Source of the DNA: the human T2T-CHM13v2.0 reference genome, Homo sapiens
NCBI RefSeq assembly: GCF_009914755.1
Contig: NC_060925.1
Strand: one strand, 5' to 3'
Length of the DNA stretch: 64,000 nt
In this document: positions 12,085 to 25,879 of the stretch, one piece after another
How the letters are laid out: the number at the start of each line of letters is the position of its first letter
Numbering within the stretch: the stretch's first letter is position 1
Notes under the pieces: generated by a model
What the model was told of the DNA's origin: nothing
What the model saw: the letters and a program-made list of their open reading frames with translations, nothing else
The model's database searches: none
Position numbers and translations under genes: made by a program

Positions 12085-12789
12085 AAAAAATACAATTGTA
12101 AATAGAATCTCAATGTTTTGTTTATTAATTTTTTAAACAGGTGTACGTTTGAAAGGATAAATCCTAGGACTTACCTATCAAGTTTCCTAGGATTGTGAAA
12201 AATGTGAGCTGAATGATGTTAGCAATGCCAAGCTCTGTGAGGAAGGCAGAAGTAGTTTTCATCTGCTCATTACCAGGCAGTTTCTTGAAATAGGTAGATA
12301 ATACCTACTTAGTAGGTACTTATTATAGCAGGCAGCTAATAATACCTGTTGAATGAAATTTCTTGAATAAATTAATTAGTTTTTAACATGGAAAAATACC
12401 CCTGTGAATTGCTTTAAAATAATTTTACCATTGATAATTTTAAAGTTTCAAAAACTTTTTAAGTACTTAACGCTTAAAATAGCTTTTGAGGCTATTCTGA
12501 ATCTTGCCAAATAATATTTGATTTTGTCTTTTTTTAATGTAAAAAAATTTTTAAAAGTGAGAAAATGCACTCCTAAGAAAATTGCCTTTTTGAATCTTAT
12601 GTGTAAGTACATGAAATGCTGTATTTATAAAGCTAGCTACATCATGAGCAGCCAAAAAAAAATAAATAAAGAGAAGTAGTAAAATAAGCGACATTCTATT
12701 AAGCTTAAGTATTGGCTATAATCCAGTTTTTATGTTTTCTAGGCTATACACAGAGTAAAATAAAAAGGATAATGAAAAATAGGTTATAT

Positions 12790-13000
12790 ATTATAGTGCT
12801 TATAAAGTTCTAAATCCTGCAAGGTGCTTCGTATACATTATATTTCTGGATCTTCACAATAACCCTGTGAGGTAAGCATTGCTATCTTTCCCATTTTACA
12901 ACTGGGAAAACTGAGACGTGCAGGTCAAAAGAGTTGCCCAAGGTCACATTGCCAGCAAGTGGCAGAATCGAGATTAGAGAACAGGTATCTCTGGCTCCAC
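12790..13000 (-). mobile_element. MIR SINE
   Basis: cttcacaataaccctgtgaggtaag...cccattttacaactgggaaaactgag...ttgcccaaggtcaca. Confidence 0.8.
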
Positions 13001-14649
13001 ATCCCCCAATCCTGTTTACCTGTTTTACTAAGAGTTCAGCCTGAGCTTGGTAGGCAGAGCACCTGCAGGACTTGATTTCTAAAGTATGCAGAGATGGGGT
13101 CATTGATCAGTACATTGAACCCAACTAGCAAAATATCTTGTTCACTCTAAAGTATCCAACATTTTTTGGCAGAAGGAATACCTATATACCTTCTCAAGAG
13201 AATCAAATACAAGAACCTCTAGGTTTTAAAAAAATGGATGTCTGCAACAAACAAAACTCCATTTGATACTAAATTCTTTTTAAAAATGAGCTATTGCAGG
13301 AGTCAAGCTGAATACTGAGGAGTCCCATAAACTATTTAATATGAAGTTTGGTTTCAATTTAATATTGTTGCTCAGTCTAGGAGTTTTCAAAAATTACAAC
13401 CGTTTGGTTATTGTCCTCTTGTGTGTCTAGACCAAAATATGGAGCAGACAATAGTTTGGAATCTGTACTAGCACCTGAAAAACATTCACACAGCATTTTT
13501 CTCCTATGTCCATTAATGCAAAATTCCAGTTCCATTTTCTTCATTTTAAATGGACCTCTGTGTAAAAGCAGGGAAATTTAAATGCAAAAATAATTTGTAT
13601 GCAACATTAGGTTGAAATTTTCATTATATGAAAGCAAATATTAAAATCAAAAGGCCTCTACAATAATAGTTCTACAGTGATTTTTCCTCCCTCACTGCAT
13701 TTTTAATGTTCTTTTCATATTACATTACCCTCTATACTATAACATATATCAAATTAAAAAAACACATCAATAATGGGATAGTGAGAGAAATAAATTTTGC
13801 TTATTGGCAATGTGAGAAAGATTCATTTGGTTTTGAAAAACCCAAGCAAATAATTTTAATGTCTGCTCATTTATATTTCAAGAACTCTTTTCTCTAAACT
13901 TACTCAATTAGCTAAACCCAATTGTCTTATCTTGTGTTTCTGCATCTTTGTTTTAAAAATAATGTGAATGGATTGAATAATCTTATATTTCCTGTAGTAG
14001 TACTAAAGAAAGTCAAAATCAAGTAGAATAATCAAAAGAATGCACAGTATTCTAGTAACTAGGCTGTGAAAAACAGCACCTATATTTATTCGGCAATCTT
14101 ATTCTCAGACAGAACTAAATGGATTTACAAACTTTCCAAAATAAGCACAAACCGAAAGAGAAAAATCGCCCTCAGGCTTAGCAAGAGCATGAGACTTCTA
14201 GCTTAATAGGTAATTGTTTTGGAAATTTATGTTTCTAAAAGTGGGGGGAGCAAAATGCAAGCACCATCTCAACCATAGCTAATTTAAAACAGTTGGTGAA
14301 TGAGCTGATTTTGGCAAAAAGAAATGAGTTGCAACACTTGACATGACTGGTGCAGAACTCAGAAAGAAGTCCAAGGAAGTAAATATTTCTTTGCCTTGTG
14401 GGCAATTTATTTTAGCCAGACAACTGCATGAAGGATGGTAGTATCCAGGTTACTCTCTTTGAGACAAGTAGACAACTACCCTTTTAAGGCAATAGTGTTC
14501 TCTGAAAAGCAAAACAAAACTAAAAAAAACGACAAACAAACCAAAAAAACCTGGTTTTCGAATATGTTGACTCTCTAAGCATTAAATTTTTTTGCCTCCA
14601 AGGAAGGGCCTACAGAATTAGGTATGATTACTTTAAAAATTAATTTAAT

Positions 14650-15010
14650 GTATTTCACTGAAATGTGATAATACTGCTGGCAAGAAGAAAAGGAAGGAAA
14701 AGGCTGATGGGAGAACTAAGTGTTAAAACTTTTCTGGAAGACAATTTGTTAACACTACCAAAATCCTTAATGTATGTACAGATTTTGTCTCAGTGATTTC
14801 ACTTTTACGGAATTAACAAAAGGAATAATCAGAGATGCAGACCAAAAATGCCAACTAATAAGACAATAGTTTTTTTTAAAAAGATAAATTTATACAGGAG
14901 AATACTTTGAAGCCAGATTCTGAAATATGTTTCTTGACATAAAAAATAATTGCAATATTTTACTATGCTGCTAAGGGGAAAAAGAGCAGACCAAAAATAG
15001 TGTATAGAAT
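14650..15010 (+). mobile_element. Highly decayed L1M (L1ME-like) 3' fragment
   Basis: acttttctggaagacaatttg...cagtgatttcactttt resembles the L1M 3' region. Confidence 0.4.
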
Positions 15011-15469
15011 AGATACCATTTAAATAAAAACAAAATAAATGTATCCCCTGTGTTTTCTCTTTTTGTAATGTGGTGAGGGTGGCGATTGATGGTCTGCAAA
15101 CCACAATAGGGAAAAAATAATAAACATTGCAAATGACTGAGATTTCCTTTAACTGTGATGTGTGATAAACCCTCTGCTAGAGTTGGGAGCCAGAGCTGGA
15201 ACCACAGAATTTTCTGAGTTGACTGGGACATTGATTCATATTTGGAGTGGTCCAAACCTAGATAATGTTTGTGAAATACGTTTTGTATTTGACTATGGAT
15301 TAGATTTATTTAGAATACTTTTACATATAAAAACGCTCAAATGATTAATCACCATTTTATTTTATTTTATTTTTTATATTGTGAGATTTTGCACTCTATA
15401 AATGTCATCAATAAACCACCTTAGGTTGTGTTTAAGCCTGTCAAATTGTCAGCCACTTTGGCATGGCTG

Positions 15470-15870
15470 GCCTGCCTGCCTTCCTTCCTTCCCTCCTTCC
15501 TCCCCTCCTCCCTTCCTTCCCTCCTTCCTTCCTTCCTTTCTCCCCTCCTCCCTTCCTTCCCTGTTTTCTTCCTTCCTTCCTCCTATCCTTCCCTCCCTCC
15601 TTCCATCCTTCCTTCCTTCCTCCCTCCCTTCCCTCCTTCCTTCCTCCCCTCCTTCCTTCCGTCTCTCCCTCCCTCCTTCCTTCTTTCCTTCCTTCCTACC
15701 TTCTTTCCTTCCTTCCTACCTTCCTTCCTTTCCTGCTTCCCTCCTTTCTTCCCTCCTTCCTTCCCTCCCTTCCTTCCTTCCTTCCTTCCTTCCTTCCTTC
15801 CTTCCTTCCTTCCTTCCTTCCTTCTTTCCTTCCTTCCTCCCTCCCTTCCTTCCTTCTTTCCTTCCTTTCC
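15470..15870. repeat. (CCTT)n/(CCCT)n polypyrimidine tract, ~400 bp, at the tail of an antisense Alu
   Basis: Directly visible; it is the source of the PSFL and KEGR pseudo-ORFs. Confidence 0.97.
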
Positions 15871-16163
<293 letters not shown>

Positions 16164-16634
16164 TAATGGCACATTTTTAAAACTACGCGTACCATAAGCT
16201 GTCTGGTACTGAAATAGGCCTGTGGGATGCCAATTTTGGTTTCAGAATTAGCTTGTATGTGGAATCATGGTGGCATACAGGGTTTGCCATGCCAAAAGAT
16301 AAACAAAGACGTAAGCTCCCCTGATGGATTTTGGCATTCAACGCTGTAGTGGGAACTTGTAGACATAGATAGAATCACTTTTCTGCTCCCGTGCCTACTC
16401 TGGGTGCTCCACTTGAAAAGCAGTGGCAGGATCAGCAGTGGTGGCTGCCAAACATGAAATGGCCATGGAATGAACAATAAAGCATGTTTTGTTTTACAAA
16501 CCTTCACATAGAACTTGTTAGGTAGCTTGTAGCAACCACTGAATTGCTTTGAGATCTTTGCTTCTATCTTTTCATGATGCATTGAAAGTTCTTGTACTTC
16601 AGTGCATTAGTATTAGTGTGGTTGTTTACAAAAA

Positions 16635-17990
16635 AGTATTTTACTTTAAAGCAGTCTCAAATTTATGGAGAAACTGCAAGAAGAATACAAATAACTTTTT
16701 TTTCTGAATTATTTGAGAGCAGATAGCCTTCATGATGCCCCATCATTCCTGTATACTTTAGTGTGCATTTTTAACTAATGGGGGCAATATCATAATGAAC
16801 CACAATAAAATAATAAAATTCTGAAATTAACATAGACACATTACTACCATCTAATCCTCAAACATGATTCAAGTTTCATGAATTATCCAGAAAATGCCCT
16901 TTGTAGCCAAAAAGTTCCACATCAAAACCACACATTACCATTCAGTTGTCCTGTGTGACTTTTCAATCTCCTTCAACCTTTCCTTACTCTTTCCTTGACT
17001 TTCATGACTATGATGATTATAGGGCAGTTATTTTGTGGAATGTCCTCGCTGCATATTTTTCTTATGTTTTCTGTTGATTAGATTCTGTTTGTCTGTCTTT
17101 GGCAGGACTATCAGAGAAGTGGTGCTGGGTTCTTCTCATTGTATCCCATCAAGATTTCCATTTGTCCCATTACTGGTGATGATCACTTTGATTATTTGAT
17201 TGGGGAGGTATCTGCCAGCTTCTCTTTGTAATCAATTACTCTTTATAATTAATAAATGTTTTATGCAGAGGTACTTGAGGTGAGCTAGATATCTCTTTCT
17301 TTATCAAACTTCTTATTTAATTTATTTATAAGAGTGTAAACTCATGGGTTTCTATTTTATTCAAAGGATTGGGATCCAAATCTATAATTATTTATTTTGA
17401 AGCTCAAATTGTCCCTTCCATTTGATGGAAGAAATCTCCTTCAAGCTGGCTTCTATGTCCTTTGAAATATTATCTGAGCACTTCCTTATTTTCTGGCACA
17501 ACAAGAAGTTCCAGGCTCATCTTGTCCTTTCCTTCCTCAGCTCTGGAATCACCCATTTCTGCAAGGATTCCTGAGTCTTTTTATTAGAGAATAGTATTTA
17601 GAAACCAAAATCTAGGTAGTTATTGCTTTTCAAGTGGAGCACCCAGAGTAGGCACTGGAGCAGAAAAGTGATTCTATCTATGTCTACAAGTTACCTAGAT
17701 GCTAGGTAACTTCATTGTCACTGTAATGTTGCTGCTCCAAGGCCCTTTGCGTTAACAGAGCTGGAGAATATATAGATACATATTAATATATTTGTATTTT
17801 TTCTATGTCTGCTTATATGTTGAAACTATGAGTTCACAGAGATATCTCCAATTCCAATCCACAGGAATCATTTTAGCTCTTTCTCTTTCCATATTTGTGA
17901 TTTCCCTGTCTGTATTTCCACGTTTTCATTCCTCAACAACTGAGAAATTAGTTCCCAGCAGCCTCAATATATTTACTTATTGCTCAACTC
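16635..17990 (-). mobile_element. Old L1MC (L1MC4/5-like) 3'UTR
   Basis: ttttactttaaagcagtctcaaatttatggagaaactgcaag, ttctggcacaacaagaagttccaggctcatcttg and tatttagaaaccaaaatctagg match the recalled L1MC 3' end. Confidence 0.7.
17624..17692 (-). repeat. 69-bp inverted duplicate of 16354-16422
   Basis: The reverse complement matches 16354-16422 at 68 of 69 positions. Confidence 0.97.
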
Positions 17991-18607
17991 CCCAGAGTAT
18001 AACAGATTTCCTGCTGCCAACACCCTTTCCATTGAGGATGGTCTACGCACCTTGCTTACCCTTTGACATGTGGACATCTTCCCCACCCTGCTTTGATTTG
18101 ACATCCCATTATGGATTGCACCCATATATGGAGACTGTCCTCATTCCATTACTTCGGAAACCCCTTGCCTGGGCATCCTTCTTCAGGGATACCTTCCTCA
18201 CTTTGCTCAAGCTTTGGCAACACACCTTGGGCTGTCTCCCAGCAGGGACATTCCATGCTCACTCCTTATTCTACTTGTGCTCCAACATTTCCTCCAGGAT
18301 TCCACTTCCTCTACAGCCCCTATGCTAATGCTTACCTTGCTCAACCCAACCTAAAAGCTTTTGGGTTAGAAAGGAGAGACAAAGGAAGAAAAGAAGTAGA
18401 AGAAAAAAAAGGTTTATTTTTAAAATTCAGGTCTAAGAAATGGCCAGCAAGCATTCTGTCTCTGGACTACTCTGCCTTTCTTATTAGATGAGGGGGAAAT
18501 TATTAGAACTCTTATTAGAGTGTGGGTAGCTTGGCTGAACAAGCTGTCAGAATAATGGCCAAGGAACAAGGGTTCAGTGGGCAATTTCATAGCATGTTAA
18601 GAAGAAG

Positions 18608-18795
18608 AATAATAGCCAGTACTTATTGGGTACTCATTTGCTAGGCACTTGTTACAATATTTAGCAATTTTCTTGATAGGTGGGCATTATTCTGACCATT
18701 TTATAAAACAGGAAGCAGGTTTGTAGAGATTCACCCACTTGCTATGATCAATAGGGAAGGTCTAAGCCAGGGCTCCAATCCAAGTCAGACCGACT
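18608..18795 (-). mobile_element. MIR SINE (decayed)
   Basis: aataatagccagtacttattgggtactc...cattattctgaccattttata. Confidence 0.6.
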
Positions 18796-21700
18796 TTTAT
18801 AATTGTTGTTTCTTTTACCGCACATGATTATAAATGGTAATTTGGGAAAGAGAATTGATATAAATAATTCAAAAATTACACTTTACTTTAATATGGATTT
18901 GTGTACAGGTGTTTCTGAAGTTCTTAATTATTTCAACAAAGGAACAAAGGTGTTCCAGGAAAAGCAGATTCAGGAGTTGCTGGCCAACTTCCTAGTTCTT
19001 ACCTTAGCTCTCCCTTAAGAAAAAAAAAGATTCTGAGAAGGAGCATTCAGACAGTTATATGTCAACTGCAAGGAAAGAATGATCCATAAAGACAACAGGC
19101 AGAAATGGGGCCAAGGAAACGAAGCTTATTTACACTGGTCCTTTAGAGTAATCTGTTCGTATGTGGATGATATTAATCCCTAACATGGAAGTGGTAGAAA
19201 GAGCAGGCTAATACATATTTGTATCACTACCTCATTTTGATTCCAAGGGCCTCCTTTTTAACTTCTGTTGAGCAGGTGACAAGTGAGATAATGACAGTTT
19301 TAACCAGTGTGTATATCTGCAGTTAGATGATGGCTCCAGGGGCACTGAGAGCCTGCCATTTTGTCAGTGTTCCCTCTACATCTGCATGGAAGTGGAGTGT
19401 AAAATTATTCTGGTGACCTGTATATCACATAATATTGCAGACCACCTGCCAGTTGTCCCACCAGAAGCATCACAACAGAGACAGCATCCTTCTGTTTCCA
19501 GGATCTTGCCATAGTCTGGCGTTGGCACCTGTTGTTTATTTAGATCATTCAAATGGTGTGATTTAACCTTCTATAACAAATGGAATATAGCTTGGCTTTA
19601 TGGTTTCCCTCATATAAACAACAGTAAACAAACCCATGATTTATTCAAAAAGAATTTATGGTTTGTCTTTCTCTCAATTGTAAAGAACGAAGCATTTGTA
19701 AACGAAAACATGATCCTCACCCAGACTTATAAAATGAATTCTACCAGACAGCCTAGACAACAAATTTATGACATTTTGTGGGGTGATACAGAATGTTTGA
19801 AACTGAGTGGCCTGGGAGAGGAAGACAGAATGGATTCAGCTGTAGGAGGAGGGAATAAAATCTAGAGGTATGTTCTCGAGGTCCCTTTCCATTTGCGTGG
19901 TTCACTTAAATTGTGTTCTTTATTTCTGATAATGTAATGTCACTTGGCATTTAAGTTAACTTTTTATGAGGTACTCATTGCTTTTCAACTACAACTTGTA
20001 CGTTTTCACTCTATGCCTGTGTTGGTGAGCAATAAATAGCACTGCATATATGCAGATGGTGGAATTGGGCCTTTCTACATGAAGTGATGTGGAGAATTGA
20101 GCAATTGATTGGTTTTATTACGTTAGAGAGAGGATGTTAAAGTAATCATCTAGTAAAACAAGCTAGGGCTATTTTGGAGAACTATTTTTAGTTTTCTATA
20201 AATTGTAACAATATAATATAGTTATTGCTTTTGTCAGAGAGCTGGAGTCTGCTATTAAGATGATTTAAATTTTATGCCTGAACTTCATATTGGTAATAAA
20301 TTGTTGGACCTTTTAGTGTTAAATGTAAAAAGGCAAGTTACTTAGCTGCTTGAAGAAAATAGTATGACTGCGTGTTGAAAACAGGTACTAACTAAAGGAA
20401 TTCTAATATATTCCAGAGAAAGGGGGATACACCACCCCTTATTTTTTTAAAAAAAGAAGATTGTGGTCACATTTTTGCTATGTAGTCTAGCAAATTAATT
20501 TGTATTCTAAACAATGGGAGAGAATGTTGAAGAGTTAAATTAAAACAATGAAGGAGTAGAATTTTAGAATATTATAGGAATAATGACAATACAGGAAAGA
20601 AATAATTATTACATTATATGCAATTATATCCTTAAGTGAATTATAGAGATTCTATTATTATTGATATTAATAATACGTTGGTTTAAATCTAAAACATATT
20701 ACCATATTGTACTACCTAGTATAGTGCTGGGCACAAACAGAAGTTTAATGTTTCTTGAGTTTTGACACATGTATTAGCCATTCAGTAACTCGTTAGACAG
20801 CCTAATGAGGGCTGAAACTTGAGAATATGTGCTAGAAGCTTGTTCACTGTTAATAAGAATTCACTTTTAAATGTTATGAGCATGTTTGCAATCTCAAAGT
20901 ATTTTTAAGCATAAAGATAGAGGACCTACATTACAAGCATGAATTAAAAGTTAATATGGGTCTGAAGAAACAAAAATATTTTATAAACATTAAGACAATT
21001 CTTTACAGAAAAGGCAAGTCTTCTAAGTACACAAATAGGTTGCCAAACAGAAGTTTAAACTTCAAATACAAATATGATAGTATAACCAGAGAAACCATCT
21101 AACCTAATGTATGGGTATTATAATTTTAGGAAGAAAAGACTGCAGAAAAGGGAAAAATGTTAGTTACTGGGCCAGGGAGCTCAGTACCCAGGACTTGAAC
21201 TTCAGAGCCACCAGCAAGACATGAGTTGTTGCCTGGCTGTTTGTCCTAGCATCTAATTCTTCAGGGTTCTCCAGTGGACAGACAGATTTGCTTATGTTGT
21301 GAGTTAATGATTAAGAATTCATGTTGTATGGAAAGGAAAACAATAGGAACAATGACAATTAAATAACACCAGGCATTTCGTCAGTGTTTCCACCAGCTCC
21401 TTGCAGGAACGCTCCAGTCTGTTGGCCAGGGGAAGATTTTTATTGTCTCCTCTGTGTATTTTTCTTCAGTTCCTAACCAACCAAACCGCTGTGTGTGTTT
21501 CGCCTTTGTATAAAAAACAGAGAATGCAGGATAGCCTTCTATCCTAAGTGTTTTAAATAAAATGGGCAATAAAATAATTATTGAAACTGGTAGAAGAAAA
21601 GAAGGATTTAGGGGAAAAGAAGCCCACCTACTTTGCTTTATGAGATGTGGAAACTTTCAGAGCTGCCTCTGCTTTGCCTCTGAAGAGAAACTAAAGAAAG

Positions 21701-21984
21701 AAAGGAATCTTTTGGAATGCAAGATAACTAAATTCATTTGTTATGGTCTTTACAATAAGCTTTGCTGGTTTTGACCTGTGAGAGGACAGAAAACAGAAAT
21801 TCTAAGCAGTAGAGGGTTGGGGACACTTTATAATCATTTCTTAGTGATACAAGAGCTAATTGTAAAGAGGATGAACAGAGCTTATTAAGGCCGAAATAAG
21901 TATTTAGTAACTAAACAGCTACACGCACATTTTACTCTCTTTATGTAACAAGGGACTATATGTACTCCCACATGGTAGGGGAAG

Positions 21985-22290
21985 ATAACTCACTTGTGTT
22001 TATTATGTGCCATCTACTATGGTGTGCATTTAACTTAAAATATTTATTTAATTCTAAAATACCCATTAAATTATCACAGAGTGTTACTTATTGAATATTA
22101 CAAGGTTGATGTGAGAATTAAATGAGATAAAATGGATAGTATCTGGAACATTAAATTTTCACAGTGACCCTGCAAGTCTCAACAAAGGTAAAGTGACCCA
22201 GCCAATGTCACACAGCTGGGAAGTAGCAGAGATTGTGTTCTAATCCAGAAGTGACTGCAGAGCTCTCACTTCTGTCGCCACACTGTATGA
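21985..22290. mobile_element. MIR fragments in mixed orientation
   Basis: gttgatgtgagaattaaatgagataa on +, and gtcacacagctgggaagtagcagag on -. Confidence 0.5.
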
Positions 22291-23166
22291 CTATAAAACA
22301 GGATATGTTATAGATAATTGTCTGCTACACATGTGATAGGAGAGATCTTGGGCCAGAAATGCCAAGCAAAAGTGTATTGTTGTTAAATGAAATCTATTTC
22401 AAAAATAATTTATAGTTACTGGGAAGAGTATTTTTATGCCTCTTCTACTCTTAAAGTACAATGTTTTGCAATTTCCTCTTTGCGAGCTCTGTGCTGCTGG
22501 CAAGCTGTTTTCCCACTGACAAGGTATTTCTAAATCCATCTATAGATATTAAGTTTGAAGAAATTTGATATCCCAAACTTTGTGTAGAGAAATGAATGTA
22601 AAACTTATTTGGGAATTTTATGATCTGGTGATGATAATTTAGTTTCTCTAAGGCTTCTCATGCAGAATCCTTTAAATCATCTCTTGATCTGATAGAATGG
22701 TATGCTACACAGACAGAATGTGAGTGGAGTTTAATATTTATAGAGATGTCAGGGCTGTGGTTTTTAGTCTTAATATTTATTCATTATACATTTTGATGCA
22801 AACATTAGGGTAGGTGCACAAATATCAGTTGAAATTGTAAACAGCTTAAGAATGAAAGTACTTAGGCAAAGGGATAGAAGGTTAAGAAGTTGAATCCTAA
22901 CAATGTTGGAATGGAAAGAATTTTTTATCAGAGGAGCAGAATATTACAGGGATGAACTATTAGTGTAGAAATAATTATATTGAATTAAATCTTCAAATTA
23001 AATGTAAATATTTTATTTTTGGTATTTATATTACTATTACAAAGAGGTAGAGCCTCTCCAAATTATCAAAGATAGTCTGCACAATTCTCCCAATTATTCA
23101 GAAGAAAAGATGAAAAGGATCGCACTATGATGTCAAATGTTAAATTTTAAGGACTAATTTTAAAAA

Positions 23167-23202
23167 GTGTGTGTGTGTGTGTGTGTGTGTGTCTGTGTGT
23201 GT
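23167..23202. repeat. (TG)n microsatellite
   Basis: Directly visible, with one TC interruption. Confidence 0.95.
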
Positions 23203-24719
23203 GACAGGGGCAGGTGAAGGAATGAAGTAGAAAGAAAGAATGCACAAAAATTCAAATGAACTCCCTTGATTACATCCTGTTTTAGAGAACTAACCACCAA
23301 ACAATTGCTTTTGTCAAAAGCAATTGACAAGTGTCTGACAAGCATCTTTTTGGTTTTAGCATTGTCAGTAATAATATAATGCTGCATAGTTAGTTTTTTA
23401 TTTAATTCTTATTTACCTTTGACTATGCTAAACAGAGTTTGCCAAAGTTGCCACTTATTGTAGGGTCTTAAATGCTTTGCATTACATTCTTCCATTAAAT
23501 ATACATTTTTTCCACTAATAACATGTAAAAGGATCTGCAAGAAAATCTCCCTAGTTTTCTGTCTTTATGTCATTAGGGAAAACATAGAACTTCCTTATAT
23601 TTGTAACTGGAAACAAAACAAAAAAACCTCCCTTTTATATTTTAATTACTTTGGGGGTATAAGAGTGGAGAATAAGAGGAAGCTTTAACTGAATTCAAGG
23701 GAAAAACAAGAAATTGCCTATTTCTAGGAAAAAAGACTTTAAAAGATTATTGAAATAATTCAGAAAGTTTTTGAAATGCTTCTGTGGACACCAATAGTTC
23801 TTACAAAACAAAATTTTGATTATTTGTATATATCTAAATCAGAAAGATGTGAATTAAATTTCACTTAAAATACACATGATTTAAAAAAATTAAATGTAAA
23901 AAGTGGTTGGCAAAACTTATTTGGTGTTTGGTAAAACACAAAATGTGTTTTGGGTTTGGTGGAGCCACAGATATTTGAAAAATATCTTGGAATGATCATC
24001 AAGCCTAAAGTGTTCCTAAGCTAGCCTATCCTCTAGACACTTTTTGTTGTGATGATGTCTGATGACTGATCTGTTTTTTTTTTTAACTAAAGAAAAATAT
24101 CCACTTAGGGGAAATTCAAGGAAGATCAAATTTTCTTTTTCCAGTGAGTTGTTAGAATTTGAAAAGCCAATAATTTAACAGGCATGTTGTTTGCTTGTTT
24201 TTAACAATCTGCAGAAGCACTATTATTACAATTGCTATAATATTCAAAAATTGGCCTCTACTTTCACAGCTCATGTTTCCCTTTAAAGTCTGAAGAAAGC
24301 CGAAGAGTTCATCTCAACTATCTCTTGAACTTTCTCCTTTTTGCTTTCCTTCTTTTGTATTTCATTGTTTTTCTTGAGTCTATCTCAATGATAGTTTCTT
24401 TGCTTGCATGGTGGGAATTGCAATGTGGGCAAATGTCAACCCTAGTCCTCTTTCATTCTGGCAAACGTGTTCCTTCTCTCATAATTCTTAGCTTCTCTAC
24501 AGGTGTCCAGTGTTCTATGGCTGCCCCTACTCTTTGCAGTCTCAGCCACACAGACCTATGAAAAGCTGCTATTCTGGAGTCCCCAGACCATCCTCTTATC
24601 AAAGTTTACATTGTGGATAGCCATGACCACGTTGTGGAGATGGGTGTTGAAAATGTCTTGTATCATTTAATTGTAGTTGCTTACATGACTTCATTGAAGA
24701 GTAAAACTCACATTAGACT

Positions 24720-25570
24720 GTAGTTGGAGAGTTTCTAGTAAATTTTTCTTATGGCAACAGGATTTCATTCAAGCTTATTAAAACAGAAAGGTGTAGGGAT
24801 AGATCATGGTACCCAAGGATCAGGTAGTAAGAGCTAGAACTAGGTGCTACAATACCAACAGGCTCTTTCTGTGTCTCTCATCATCTACTCTGGTTGATTC
24901 TGTATAATTATTATTATTATTTTTTTTAGATAGAGTCTTGCTCTGTCGCCAAGGCAGGAGTGCAGTGGCATGATCTCGGCTCACTGCAACCTCCCCACCT
25001 CTCAGGTTCAAGCGATTCTTCTAACTTAGCCTTCTGAGTAGCTGGGACTATAGGCATATGCTTCCACACCTGGCTAATATTTGTATTTTTAGTAGAGACA
25101 GGGTTTCACCATTTTGGCCAGGCTGGTCTTGAACATCTGACCTTAGGTGATCCATCTGTCTTGGGCTCCCAAGGTGCTGGGAGCCACTGCACCCCACCAA
25201 GTCTGTATAATTTTTCCTTTTGCAAGCTTCTTCCTGCAAAAAATGGCTTCTTCTACTTTTTTGGTCTACATAGAAGAAAATGGCTGCATATAGTTTCTGA
25301 CTTTACTTGTAACAAGTCCAGCCACCAGAAGACAGACTCAATTTTGCTTTTGTTTCAAATTCTAAATTTTAGAGTCAGAATTCTTACTGGCCCAGCTTGG
25401 TTAAAGTACTCACTTTCAGACCAGTCAACTGTGGCCAGGGAATGTGGCCAGTTACACTCTAGAATCATGACTACTACTGGCAGCCATTCTTTTAACCACT
25501 TGAAGGGGGTTGGTGTGTGGATGGTGCTCAGATAAAGAGGGGCTGGAGGGATAACCCAACAGATGCACAC
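24720..25570 (-). mobile_element. Old MaLR LTR (MLT1-type), split by an Alu
   Basis: aaaatggctgc... and tggcccagcttgg...ccagtcaactgtggccaggg resemble old MLT1 LTRs. Confidence 0.5.
24907..25197 (-). mobile_element. AluS with (ATT)n tail and a small deletion near its 5' end
   Basis: Alu body; TSD tctgtataatt at 24899-24909 and 25202-25212. Confidence 0.92.
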
Positions 25571-25879
25571 TATGAAAGTTGCTCACGTTTGTCTTAAATT
25601 TCTTGTTGAAAAAAATAAAGCTATTCTTTATTTATATTTTATTTACTTGAAATTTCAGAATAGATTTCTAATGTAGATTTTCATTAGGCATTGCAACAGA
25701 ATGGTAAGAGATGGGTAAAGAGGCAGGACATGTTCACCGCAGCTTTTCATATTATACTTGTAGAAAATTACATAGTCTACTAAAAATTATTTGTTAAAAT
25801 TTCATGCTGGTTTTAATTTTCCTTGTTGGAAAGAAGTTTCAGGAATATTCCAATACTCTCATTAAAGGTAGGGCATTTA

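Noticed and set aside
12115-12210. Splice-acceptor-like ttttttaaacag|G
   Set aside because: No convincing partner donor or open frame; such motifs are common by chance and need transcript data.
17792-18491. 178-aa and 126-aa ORFs
   Set aside because: No recognisable domain; the first starts at TTG within L1MC-derived sequence; no convincing splice or codon signal.
19370-19530. Possible minus-strand exon (cag|GTGCCAACG...)
   Set aside because: No polypyrimidine tract, and the translation resembles nothing I recognise.
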